A stretch of 64,000 bases of DNA from an uncultured cyanobacterium (lineage in GTDB: Bacteria > Cyanobacteriota > Cyanobacteriia > CAKZMO01). The notes below the pieces were generated by a model. That model did not search any database and was not told where the DNA came from. It was given only the letters and a program-made list of their open reading frames with translations. Below, in pieces: positions 28,068-39,300 of this stretch. A program made the position numbers and the translations under genes. How positions within the stretch are numbered: position 1 is the first letter of the stretch; the number at the start of each line of letters is the position of its first letter. The stretch lies in the NCBI GenBank assembly GCA_963719515.1, contig CAVRCJ010000010.1, positions 576,001 through 640,000 on the forward strand. The letters are read 5' to 3'.

Positions 28068-29759
28068 ATGGCAAGAGACACGTCTAAAGATGGACTGAGC
28101 AACAAGCTTCTACTCTATATTTTGACTCACTTCAGGCCGATTTGGAGTCTTATTAAGAGTAGTAAATTTCTTAACCGAAAGGTCAACAAATTTTTAATCG
28201 ATAGCCTCTGCAACAAAGTTCCCAATCGGCCGCTTCCCTTCAGCATGATGACGCTGGACTCGTACAGCCCAGGTACAGATATTCCCAAAAAAGCAGACCT
28301 CTACACCTCTTGGGATTCTCTCACAGATCGTAGCTATACGGGCCGCCATCTTCCACCGGACCCCGACCTGAATCGAGAAGAAAATTTACCCGATCTGGCT
28401 GACTTAAAGGTCCTATTTCAGCAGCGAGACGGCCAAACCAGGTATTCGGAGAAATCGACGCTGCTGTTTCCCTATTTTGTACAGTGGTTCACCGACAGCT
28501 TTTTACGGATTGACCCTAAAAACCGGTATAAAAACACCTCCAATCACCATATCGATCTCTGCAACGTTTATGGCCTAACGCGGAAGCAAACCAATCTTCT
28601 GCGGGCCTTCCAGGGAGGAAAGCTGAAAACCCAGTGGCTCCAACGCTCAGACGGGATTGAAGAGGAGTACCCGCTGTTTTACTACGCCAACCCTGAGAGC
28701 GGAACGGTAGATCCTCAATTTGAAGGGCTCTACCAGGTTTTAGGAACGGAAGAGCGGCTGCGCCCCCAGCTCAAAGCAAAGCTATTTGCTATGGGGGTAG
28801 ACCGCGCCAACGTTCAGATTGGCTACGTCATGCTGACAACCCTCTGCGTGCGAGAGCACAATCGTCTCTGTATTGTTTTAGCAGAGCACTATCCCGATTG
28901 GGATGACGAGCGCCTCTTTCAGACGGCTCGCAACATCACGATTGTGATGCTGCTGAATATCATTATGGAGGAGTATATTTCCCACATCACCCCTTACCAT
29001 TTTACTTTTTTCGCCGATCCAGAAGGCTTTGCCAGTTCGAGCTGGAATAAACCTAACTGGATGGCGATTGAATTTAGCTTTGTCTATCGGTGGCATAGCG
29101 CAATTCCAAAGACGATTGTCTATCAAGGCCAAGACCTGGGTTTAGGCGAATCCCTATGGAACAATCAGCTAATCATCGATCAAGGATTAGGGGCTTTGAT
29201 GGAAGAAACCTGTTCTCAGCCGGGCGCTTTGATTGGGCTGTTTAATACGCCTGATTTTCCCATGTCAAAACCAGAGAGGCAGGAGAAATCGGCGTATCAG
29301 GAGAAATCAGCGAAGTGGGAACCGACGTTTATCGATGCCACTGAGCTGGCAACCGTTGCGCTAGGCCGAAAGATGCAGCTGGCGAGCTACAACGACTACC
29401 GGAAACTATGTGGCTTTCCCAAAGTCACGGATTTCGACCAAATTACTGGAGATGAGTATACCCAGCAAAAGCTCAAAGAAATTTATGGAGACGTGGACAA
29501 GATTGAGTTCTTCGTCGGTCTTTATGCCGAGGATGTGCGCGAAGGGTCTACTATTCCGGCTCTCGTAGCTCGTCTAATTGGCATTGATGCTTTCTCACAG
29601 GCGCTGACGAATCCTTTGCTAGCCCCCCAAATTTATAATCCACAAACGTTTTCTCCGGTAGGGTGGGAGATCATCCAGCAGACAAAAACGATGTCGGACT
29701 TGGTGAACCGCAATGTTCCGGCGAGCGATCGCCCCTTCAAAGTGACTTTCGACCTGTAG
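28068..29759 (+). CDS. Animal heme peroxidase / cyclooxygenase-like protein (probable fatty-acid dioxygenase)
   Basis: REHNRLC..L..HYPDWDDERLFQTAR, IEFSFVYRWH (COX Tyr385/His388 equivalent), SYNDYRK..GF and IEFFVGLYAE motifs. Confidence 0.9.
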   Translation: MARDTSKDGLSNKLLLYILTHFRPIWSLIKSSKFLNRKVNKFLIDSLCNKVPNRPLPFSMMTLDSYSPGTDIPKKADLYTSWDSLTDRSYTGRHLPPDPDLNREENLPDLADLKVLFQQRDGQTRYSEKSTLLFPYFVQWFTDSFLRIDPKNRYKNTSNHHIDLCNVYGLTRKQTNLLRAFQGGKLKTQWLQRSDGIEEEYPLFYYANPESGTVDPQFEGLYQVLGTEERLRPQLKAKLFAMGVDRANVQIGYVMLTTLCVREHNRLCIVLAEHYPDWDDERLFQTARNITIVMLLNIIMEEYISHITPYHFTFFADPEGFASSSWNKPNWMAIEFSFVYRWHSAIPKTIVYQGQDLGLGESLWNNQLIIDQGLGALMEETCSQPGALIGLFNTPDFPMSKPERQEKSAYQEKSAKWEPTFIDATELATVALGRKMQLASYNDYRKLCGFPKVTDFDQITGDEYTQQKLKEIYGDVDKIEFFVGLYAEDVREGSTIPALVARLIGIDAFSQALTNPLLAPQIYNPQTFSPVGWEIIQQTKTMSDLVNRNVPASDRPFKVTFDL

Positions 29760-29930
29760 ACGAAACATCTGAGTAGTGATGCCGCTCCCACACCCTAAAT
29801 TGACCACGATTCCGCTGCTAATGTCGGCCCGCTTCAATACCTCAAGCACTACGGGTGCGGCATGTTCAGCAAGGTGGCCAAATCTCGCGTCATGAATGTG
29901 GGCCAGATCGGCTTTGTAGGCAGGCTACAT
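29760..29930 (-). pseudogene. Truncated class I SAM-dependent methyltransferase fragment
   Basis: AGGAGA RBS, then ATG TAG (nonsense in codon 2), then PAYKADLAHIHDARFGHLAEHAAPVVLEVLKRADISSGIVVNLGCGSGIT (SAM motif I). The fragment runs into the peroxidase stop. Confidence 0.75.
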
Positions 29931-30068
29931 GCGGTCTCCTTGGGAATGTCAGCGTACGCCATGGGTGACGTTGATAATAAACCGGTTGCTTGGGGCCCCC
30001 AAACCCCTTGGCAGGGGGACGGGATGCCTCCTCTAGACCCCCTGCATACGAGAGCGCTTGTGAGAGCT

Positions 30069-30722
30069 TTAGGGTTTGGGTGGGGCGATCTGAGCTTTTG
30101 CTTCAATCCTCTCGGGTGATTCATTCAGGGCTTTGTTTAGCGGCGTCCCCATTTGGCTGAGATTGAGCACGTGGCCTGCTGTAACTAGGTACGTCGTGTC
30201 GGCGATCGCTCCCACGGCGCGAGTTACTGCCCCCAGGCGATCGCGAAACCGTCGCCCGATGGGGTAGCTGGGCACTATGCCCCAGCCCACTTCCTCCGCC
30301 ACCAGGATGACGTCCGCCGCTGTGTGCTGCAGAGACTGAAGCAAATTGTCCAAGGTCTCTTGCCAGGCAGCCTCACCCTGGTCCAGCACATTGGCTAGCC
30401 AGGTGCCCAGCGAGTCCACCAGCAGGCATTGATCTGTCATGGCGCTCTGAATCATTGCGGGTAGCGCCACCGGCACCTCGGCGCTCCTCCAGTCCGGCGG
30501 GCGGCGCTGCTGATGCTGCTGGATGCGGGTTTGCCACTCGGGGTCATCAGGGGTTTCGAGGGCGGTGGCGACGTAGATTACCTGCTGCCCGGCTTGCTGT
30601 CGCTGAGTGGCGATCGCCTCGGCCCATTCGCTTTTACCGGAGCGGGCGGGCCCGGTGACTAAAATACGCGAGTTGGGTTTTTCTCGGTCCACTGCGCTAC
30701 CAGCTGCGCTGTCTTTGCTCAC
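30069..30722 (-). CDS. cobU: Bifunctional adenosylcobinamide kinase / cobinamide-phosphate guanylyltransferase
   Basis: LVTGPARSGKSEWAE, YVATA, RIQQHQQRRP, LVDSLGTW and EEVGWGIVP...RRFRDRLG motifs. Confidence 0.95.
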   Translation of the reverse strand: MSKDSAAGSAVDREKPNSRILVTGPARSGKSEWAEAIATQRQQAGQQVIYVATALETPDDPEWQTRIQQHQQRRPPDWRSAEVPVALPAMIQSAMTDQCLLVDSLGTWLANVLDQGEAAWQETLDNLLQSLQHTAADVILVAEEVGWGIVPSYPIGRRFRDRLGAVTRAVGAIADTTYLVTAGHVLNLSQMGTPLNKALNESPERIEAKAQIAPPKP

Positions 30723-32812
30723 GCTTCAAGTCCAAGACAGTCCAGCACAAAGGCATATTCAAACGCCGTTTCCTTCAGCCGCTCGTAGCGGCCGGAAGCG
30801 CCGCCGTGCCCCGCGCCTAGATTCGTTTTCAGCAGCAGGCGGTTGTCGTCAGTCTTGGCGACCCGCAGCTTGGCAGTCCATTTGGCCGGTTCCCAGAAGC
30901 CGACGCGCGGGTCATTTAGACCGGTGGTGACCAGCAGGTGGGGGTAGTCCTGGGCTTTAACGTTGTCGTAGGGCGAGTAGGAGAGCATGTAGTCGTAGTA
31001 CTCCTGCTCGCTGGGGTTGCCCCATTCGTCCCACTCCAGCACCGACAGCGGCAGGGAGGGGTCCAAGATTGTGGTGACGATATCGACGAAGGGTACGGCG
31101 GCGATCGCCCCCTTGAATAGGTCAGGGCGCTGATTTACCACCGCACCGATCAGCAGCCCTCCGGCACTGCCGCCGTAGATGGCTAATTGCTCAGGACTTG
31201 TCCAACTTTCTTTGACTAAGTGAGTGGCGCAGCTGATGAAATCGGTGAACGTGTTCTTCTTGTGGAGAAACTTACCCGCCTCATACCACTTGCGGCCCAT
31301 CTCTCCGCCGCCGCGAATGTGGGCAATGGCGCACACCATCCCCCGATCGAGCAGCGATAGGCGGGTAGAGGAAAAGGCGGCGGGATAGGGATAGCCATAG
31401 GAGCCGTAGCCGGCGAGCAGCAGGGGCGTCTCTTTGCTGCGAGGGGTGTCGCTGCGGTACACCAGGGAAATGGGGACCTCAGCGCCGTCTTTGGCCACCG
31501 CCATCAGCCGCTCACTGCGGTACTGGCTGCGATCGTATCCGCCTAGCACGGGCGTCTCTTTCTTCAGCTCCCGCTCGTAGGTCTCCATGTCGTAGTCAAA
31601 TACCGAGGGCGGGGTTACCAGAGAGGTATAGGTGAACCGCAGCACCTGGGCCTCAAACTCGGGCATAGTGCCGTCGTAGACTTCGTAGGTAGGCTCTGGG
31701 AAGGCGATCGCCTTCTCATCCCCCGTGGAAAATTTCTGAACGCGGATGGTGGGCAACCCCTCTTGCCGCTCATAGATGACTAAATGGTCTCTGAACACAT
31801 CAATGTCGCTCAGCATCACGTCTTCCCGGTGGGGGATCACCTCACGCCAGTTCTCCTTGCTCGGCGCGGTCACCGGCGTCACCATCAGCTTGAAGTTGAC
31901 TGCGTTTTCGTTAGTGACGATGTAGAACCGGTTAGTCTTGGGGTCTGCATCGTCCCCCGGATGATGGGAAATCCAATACTCGACGCCCTGCTGCCGGGGC
32001 TGAATAATCTGAAAGCTGCCTTGGGGATGGTCGGCGTCTAGGGTCTGAATCTCTGAGGTCACCTTGCTGCTGCTAGAGAGCACGACGTAAGCATCGCTGC
32101 GGGTGCTGCCAACGGAGAGGTAGAAAGCCTCGTCGGTCTCCTCGTACACCAGCACATCCTCGCCGGGGTCAGTGCCGAGGACATGCTGCCACAGCTGATA
32201 GGGCCGATGGGCCTCATCGATACGCGTGTAGAATACCGTTTTGTTGTCTTTAGCCCAGGCCAGTCCCGCCACGTCCTCGATTTGCTCATCAAAAAGCGTA
32301 TCGGTACTCAGGGTCTTAAAGACCAAGGTGTAGCGCTCTGAGCCGTTGGTGTCGGTGGAGTAGGCCAGCAGCTCGTGGCTGGGGCTGACGTCAAAGTCTC
32401 CCAGGCTAAAAAACTCTGTGCCTTCCGCGAGCTGGTTACTGTCCAGCAGGATCTCTTCATCGGCCTCTAGGCTCTCCCACTTACGGCAGTAAATGCTGTA
32501 GGCCTTTCCTTCTTCCGTACGGCTGTAGTAGTAGTAGCCGCCGTAGCGGTAGGGCACCGACAGGTCGGTCTCCTGAATGCGGCTCAGCATTTCGTCGTAG
32601 AGCTTCTTTTGCAGGGCTTCAGTGTGCCCCATCACCGCATCGGTGTAGTCGTTTTCGGCCTTGAGGTAGTCAATGACTGCGCTGTCGTCGCGATCGCGCA
32701 GCCAGTAGTAGGGGTCCGTGCGGCGATCGCCGTGAATTTCGAGGATTTTAGACTGTTGAGGGGCGATCGGTGCGGCGGGAAGTGACGTTTTCGAGGATTG
32801 CGTGGAGGTCAT
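30719..32812 (-). CDS. ptrB: Oligopeptidase B (S9A prolyl oligopeptidase family)
   Basis: DPYYWLRD, GYGSYG, HIRGGGEMGRKWY, GGSAGG catalytic Ser, DPRV and GAGHGG motifs. Confidence 0.95.
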   Translation of the reverse strand: MTSTQSSKTSLPAAPIAPQQSKILEIHGDRRTDPYYWLRDRDDSAVIDYLKAENDYTDAVMGHTEALQKKLYDEMLSRIQETDLSVPYRYGGYYYYSRTEEGKAYSIYCRKWESLEADEEILLDSNQLAEGTEFFSLGDFDVSPSHELLAYSTDTNGSERYTLVFKTLSTDTLFDEQIEDVAGLAWAKDNKTVFYTRIDEAHRPYQLWQHVLGTDPGEDVLVYEETDEAFYLSVGSTRSDAYVVLSSSSKVTSEIQTLDADHPQGSFQIIQPRQQGVEYWISHHPGDDADPKTNRFYIVTNENAVNFKLMVTPVTAPSKENWREVIPHREDVMLSDIDVFRDHLVIYERQEGLPTIRVQKFSTGDEKAIAFPEPTYEVYDGTMPEFEAQVLRFTYTSLVTPPSVFDYDMETYERELKKETPVLGGYDRSQYRSERLMAVAKDGAEVPISLVYRSDTPRSKETPLLLAGYGSYGYPYPAAFSSTRLSLLDRGMVCAIAHIRGGGEMGRKWYEAGKFLHKKNTFTDFISCATHLVKESWTSPEQLAIYGGSAGGLLIGAVVNQRPDLFKGAIAAVPFVDIVTTILDPSLPLSVLEWDEWGNPSEQEYYDYMLSYSPYDNVKAQDYPHLLVTTGLNDPRVGFWEPAKWTAKLRVAKTDDNRLLLKTNLGAGHGGASGRYERLKETAFEYAFVLDCLGLEA

Positions 32813-33049
32813 AGCGCCTTGGTGAGGAGTCTCGATGCTTGTTAGTAGCTAATCTAACAAGTTACGCTCCCCTGACTACGCCCAAAACTGGCAATCTTTG
32901 CCTCACCAGAGAAAACAGCCGCCGCAGTTTCTCGAGGTCGGTCTGCTCTTTAACAAAGCTGAGCTGCCGTCCTCGCTAGCTCTCAACGCCCGCTGAGCGC
33001 TGTCCTTGCCGCATCCTCAAGCCAAGTCCTGACGATTTTGTCAGCCCTT

Positions 33050-33260
33050 TTGGTGGCCAGGTGGCTCTAGAATCAGCCTTGGAACAGCGATCGCCTGCTG
33101 AAGTCGACTTACTATTGCACTCTGATAGAGGGACACAGTACGCCAGCGGTGACTATCAAGCACCCACTGCGGCGCGCTAATATTGGCTGTAGTACGAGTC
33201 GCCGTGGCAATTACTGGGACAATGCGGTAGCCAAAAGCTTCTTTGGTACGCTCCAATCAG
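33050..33260 (+). pseudogene. IS3-family transposase (integrase core) remnant
   Basis: + strand reads ALESALEQRSPAEVDLLLHSDRGTQYASGDYQA, then a frameshift, then LRRANIGCSTSRRGNYWDNAVAKSFFGTL. These match the IS3 DDE motifs HSDRGSQY and SRRGNCWDNAVAESFF. Confidence 0.85.
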
Positions 33261-33329
33261 GACTCCCTTAAGTTTACGGCCGAGCATTTGTACTCATCAC
33301 TAAAGTGAGATGCACTTAAAATATACGTC

Positions 33330-36300
33330 TTACTCAGATGATGAGTAGGTTACGACTGTGTAAGTGGATTCCTTTACTTGATATAGATTGGGTGACGCGA
33401 ATTCAAGAAAATCCATGCCTTTGTCTAGCAGAACTTTACATATCGCTCCAGACTGGTAAGAAATCTCAAGTTCTCGTCGATGGGGAAAGTATGGGGAATG
33501 ACGTCGGAGATAAGGCCTCATTTTGAGCTGGCAGTTATCCAGATACTCTCCTAGTGCGGCTTCAACTCCAGAACGGCGTTGTCTGTTCCTATGTTTATGC
33601 TCATCGTAGGATTCCTGAATATGTACTTGTACTGGAAAATTAGAAGGTGCTCCTAGTTTTAGAAGTTGAGCCAACACTTTTGCTCCTACTTCGTCAAGAT
33701 AGCGATCGCTGTATTCTACACAGGCTATTTTTTCTTTGGCCAGGATTGCCTTAAATCCTAGGCGTCGTTGAAGGGTTTCTAGATCCATCTGTCCCCAATT
33801 AGGTTCGGGAAAAATAGCTTCGGTTTGAGGATCATCGAGTGCTTTAGTAGAGATCTGAGAGGCTTGGCACCTCAAGGCATTCAGATTCTGTTGAACAAAA
33901 TCTATTCCTCTTTGGCTGCGGGTTTGGAACCATTCGGTAGGTTCCCCGGTATCAGCTAGACGCATCTGGAGGGCTACGCGGTTGGAAGACTGACTACTAA
34001 TACAGAGAGTGGGCTGCATGTCAGATTGAATCTTACTGAGCATTATCAAGCCTTGGTCAATCCACTGCGATAGTCGCTTACGCAAAACCTGAATTTCGAC
34101 AGGCGACAGTTTTTCTGACTTGCTGCTTAGGCCTTGTTCCGGTAACCGGCTCACGATCAAATGGAGCTGTGTATTTTGCTTAGCCAGAGATCGCACCAAT
34201 TTGGTCAGCAATGCCAGATTGAACGGGGGCACAATCTCGGGTAGGTAAAGGATGGTTTCGGCACGGGCGTTGTCACAGTAGCCGGGTAGACGCTCGGCTA
34301 TAGCCGCTAAAGGCATTCGATTCGTATCCGGGGCAAAGGCTTGCAGATCAGGGTCAGGGTTGACCTGCGCTACTAGGGAGCGTAAATACTCAGCGACTGG
34401 GCGACGATCCAACTCATGGTGAAAGGCTTGGTTGGTATAGGTGCGCAGACAGTCATAACAACTGCTGCTGCATCCGCAAGACTCCACTAGCTGATAGGTC
34501 CGTTGAAGGATCGCCTCAAACTGAGCAGCAATTCTTTGGCTGTAGCCAGCTCCCCCTGGTACGTTATCGTAGATCACAATTTCAGCCGTGCCCGAACCCT
34601 CGCTATCGGGTGGCCTAAATAGGCCATCCAACTCGGCTCTGGGTACGTCGATGACCTGGGCTGCGGCGGCTAACAGGGCGTAGGTGAGCGATCGCCAGAA
34701 TCCTGTACCACCCGATGGGGAAGAGACGACGGATCCATCAATGTCTGACTGGATCGTGTCTCCTGCATTGAGGTGAATAACCTCTTCAAATAGGGGAGGC
34801 GGATTAGTTCTGCGAGTAAACCGGATCTTGAGTAGGTCACTGGAGAACTCATGCCCCAGGTGAACTCTTTGGTACCAGCCCACGCAGATTTTGCCAGTGA
34901 CAGGATGGGTGTGCCTCCCTTGTCCCTTACGGCGATTAACGTGGGCTCTCGGCAAGTCATCACTCAAATCTCTGCCACAACTTTCACAAATGGCAAAACC
35001 TAAGTTTCTAAAGCCCCGGCCCCCTTGGTTGGCCAGAAAGAATTCACCGCCCCGGCTCAATTTCAGTTCGTACAGCTCATGGGGAACGATGTCGATCTGT
35101 TCCCCTGCCTGGGCCAGAAAGACCTGGGACGTGGGCTGTCGTAGGGGCTTAAGGTAGGGAGTCACCCTTGGCGTCACGCTCCAATCGGTCGTAAACGACT
35201 TGGGTACTTTGTAAAACCGGCTGCCCTGTTCCATGCCATTGACGGGTTCCTGGCAGGTTGGGCAGGCGTCATGCTGAAACTCTTGCGCCTGAGATTCAAA
35301 GAAGTTGCAGTGGGGGCAAACCCAGTAGTACCGACTATTCAGGTTATCGGGCCGCAGAATGCCAACGCTGGTATGCACCCGGTCGTCTACCACAATATCT
35401 TGGCCAGGGGCGTATTCTGCCAGGGCCATACGCCGATCCCGTTGAAGACGATGTTTCCCTTGACTAGAGTAAGATTGTCCCCGGCTGTCTTGAGTCAGCA
35501 GTTGAACGACATCAATAGGAAAGCCATAAATGGGCAGAATACTGGCTTTAGCCAATTCTTCATGCAGTTGTCGCTTTTGAATTTTGCGAAGTTCATCTTC
35601 GATGCGATCGCGCTTCACTTCTAATGCTCGGCGTACCTTAGCTTTTGTTTCCCCAAGAATGTCGGCTTTAAGAGTAGTAAGCAGCTCCGCCAGCCCATTC
35701 CAATCCTTGAGCTGCTCAGCCTGAAAGTCATCCAGCTCCCTATGAAAATCATCCAAAGTCCCTTCAACCGTTTGTGAGCTATCCAATGACTGTAGCCATG
35801 GTGCCAAGAGCTGCCTGGCAGCTTGACTACTCAACCACTCCTGGAATTGCACAATCAGCGTACTACTTGAAAGTGTGGCAATTGCTTGAAAAGCATCATC
35901 GCTCTCTTCATCGGGTAGATCGAGGAAGGCGCTGATTTTGACATGCTCAGCCCCCGTTTCGCATTCAGATCTCAGAAACTTAGCCAAAAGTTCCGCCCGC
36001 AAATGGCGCTGCTGAATCTGAAAATTGTCAGTATCTAGCCGAGGTACCTGATTGCAACCATTGATCAACTCGGCGGGTTGGTCAAAGTAATAGCGATCGT
36101 GGGGGCGACGCTGACCATACATGAGGCTGATGGCCACCCCATCAGTACGGCGACCTGCCCGCCCAGCCCGCTGTTGATAGTTGCTCACATGGGGTGGAAA
36201 GTTACGCATCGCCACGGCCTGCAATTCGCCAATATCGACCCCCATCTCTAATGTAGTTGAACAACTAAGGAGATTGATTTTGCCCTGGCGAAAGCGGCTT

Positions 36301-39300
36301 TCCCGATGGGCTAGTTCCCCAGTGCCCAACTGGGCAGTATGCTCCTGGGCGCGGAGGGGAATAATCTCTCGGTTTTGAATGATATGGCGGTAGTGATGTT
36401 CCTCAAAGGTTGATGCCTTCGCTGAAGCGGTGCCCCAGGGCTGTAGTTGCCCACCGCAGCGGGACGCCAGGCAGTGATCTAACGCTAGCTCAGAAAATTG
36501 TCGAACCTCAGTCAGACCTGGTACATGAAAGATCTGTTGGCAGGAATCGCACTGATACCAGTCTGTCGCGGTCTGGTACAAGGAAAATAGTTCCCAATTC
36601 AGTTGCCGACCATCTCCAAACCCCTTGAGATATCCTTGGTGTTTTAACTCGTCAAATAACCACAGCAAGTTTTCCTCAGCGGGGTAATTGCCGTTGAAAA
36701 AGTTTAGGTAGAACGAAACAATCTGATTTTGAACCTTGGTTGGCTGCCCCTTATTAGTTTCTCGCCAGAGAAATCCAAGGGCATTAGGTGAATCGTTTGG
36801 ATCACGTCTGAGTTTGATGTATCGCTTTGAACGTCCCTGGGGACTCAGGCGAGCTGGCTGTCCACCTTCAACCCCTCCCGTCTCAGGAAAGTAACGAGAT
36901 GCCCCTTCCAGGTCAGTGGCTCCTAGTGATCGGATGATGTTGGTTAGACCAGCTAAGAAAATTTTGGCTTCAGCCTCGTCTATCTCAAACTTTCGTGCAG
37001 TATCCGCTACTAGGGTTGGATCATCGTTCCAGTCGATATAGCAGGCCAGTAATCCTAGAGCCTCGATGGAAAACCGCTTGGCGGAGGGCAACCCAAACTC
37101 ACGGAGCATGAGTTCTTTGGCCCGACTACGGGCTCGATTTTCGCAGTCTCGTTTATTTTGAGTTTCCTCATTGACAGGATCCTTGGCTACATAACTACGA
37201 TGGTGAAAGTCAGCCTGGCGATCGGGATGAGGAATTGATACGTTCAAAAAACGACGGATCAGCTCTTCCTGAACTTCTGTAACCGAAGCGCTCCCATTGT
37301 CCTGTACGTCCTCAAAGGCCTGCCACACCAATTGACGGTACAGGGTCTCGGTATGGGTTCGTTGAAAATCTGAAGCGAAGAAAGAGGCATCTTGACGACC
37401 ATCTGAGAAGGTTAAGATTTTGCGCTGGCTGAAGGTGCCGTTTGCTTCTCCGGTCTCTGGCAACAGCTCAAACAAACTGTCGAGCATCACCTCTAAGGGA
37501 GCATCGGTATAGGAGGCAAACCGCCCAATGGCTGACATTTGCGATCGCCCCGCACTACAGGCTGGACATTTAGTTAAGTAACCGCCTTGTAAATTTTTGG
37601 CCTTTGGGGGTATGTGCCAGTGCAATCTATATGCGTTTTCGGCCTGAGAGGATGCCTCCGGGATACTATTGCTGGCACCACTAAGCCACCCATCAGTATG
37701 GTTGCCCTTAATCAAGAAACTGCCGATTAGAGCATTTTCAGAATTTTCGCTGTCCTCCGTGACCTCTTCGCCCTCATCGTCAGTAACGCTGTCTAGCGCT
37801 CCTGAGCTCAAAACATAGATGCGATCACTATTCTCAGCCGCTTCTAAGGCACGGAGAACCGGCAACAGCTCTTTTTGGTGACCTTGAAAGGCCAGTGCAT
37901 AACCTTGTCCACATTTACGACAGCTAGAGAGCTCCAGCACGGGAGCCTGGCACGCATCACACTCAGCCTTGCTGCTGAGGAACAACTTGCCGTAGCGGCG
38001 AGGACGATCCTTAAACTGTTCATCGGTTACCGCACTAGGACAATCGGAATTAATACAGGCGTGCAATCCCTCTATGCTGCGAAATAGCAAGTGAAGCCTA
38101 ACAGGCAAGAGCGGTAAATCTTCCGGGTTCAATCTGGCCAGGGTGCCCAACTGAACTAAGTGGGCTAGAGCCTGTTCCGCCTTGGCCTCCTCCTGGGCAT
38201 CTAGGCTACCGTCCAAATGGGTAGGCAGTATCCAAAGGTGAGGAGATCGCGCTATCCAATTCCAGGGCTTTGGTCCCTGACTTAGTAAATTAATCAAGCG
38301 GTGGACTATCGGATGACCTTTCAGGGCAAACCAAAGGAACTGATGGGCATCACCCTCAGCATTCTGCTCAGCCTGTTGTAAGACATCGTAGGGCGCTAAG
38401 TAGCTCAGACAGTCTTTCCAGGTTTCTAGGGAGTCCTCAAGGGCCGGTAACTCCAGAGCGTATAGGAGTTCGTATAGATCTTCTTCGGCAAGCCCTTCTG
38501 GTAATGCGTAGGCATCACCCAGCCGTTCTGCAACGGTGACCCGGTCTCCCCAAATGACCTGCTCAAAAGGCTCGCCAAATAGTTCTTCGGCAAAGTCTGT
38601 GATTTGGTCAAAGGCTGCTGCGTCATTGCGATCGCCTAAGGTGGCACTGGTGGCGATGCCGCGGATTTGCCCCTTTACCTTCAATCCTATAGCGGCTTTA
38701 AACCGCTTGAGCAGCATGGAAACTTCAGTACCCGTGGATCCGCTATAGGTGTGAGCTTCGTCAACCACCAGCATTTTGAAGTTAGGCGATCGCTCAAAAA
38801 TCTGCTCGCGCTCCACCGGGCGAATCAGCATATGCTCCAACATGGAATAGTTGGTCACCAGAATCTGGGGTGGGTTTTCCCAAATTTCCTTGCGGGAGAT
38901 GGCTTGAATACGCTGGACTCGTTCGACTACGGCTGCGATCAGGTCATCCAAACGACCGCGCTTCATCGCCTCTCGCTGGCCCTCTGGCAGCAATTTCAGC
39001 AGTTCTTCTCGCTCGGTGGCCTGCAATTCTTCTTTCAGGGCAGATAATGCCTGGGCTGACTCAGTTTGTGTGCGGCTGGTGTAAAACCCAAACCGGATCA
39101 GCTCTTGGTCATCGCTCTGTTGAGAAAGCAGCTGCCGCAGGCGTTTCACTTGGTCATTAACTAGCGCATTCATAGGGTACAAGATGAGAGCTTGCACCCC
39201 TGGAGCATGTTCTTTCAGAAGGCGATCCAACATAGGAATCAGGAAACACTCTGTTTTCCCAGAGCCCGTGCCGGTGGCGACAACAATGTTTTGCTGTTCT

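Noticed and set aside
33041..33256. 71-aa minus-strand ORF (MERTKEAFGYR...)
   Set aside because: It is the antisense reading of the IS3 integrase remnant on the plus strand.
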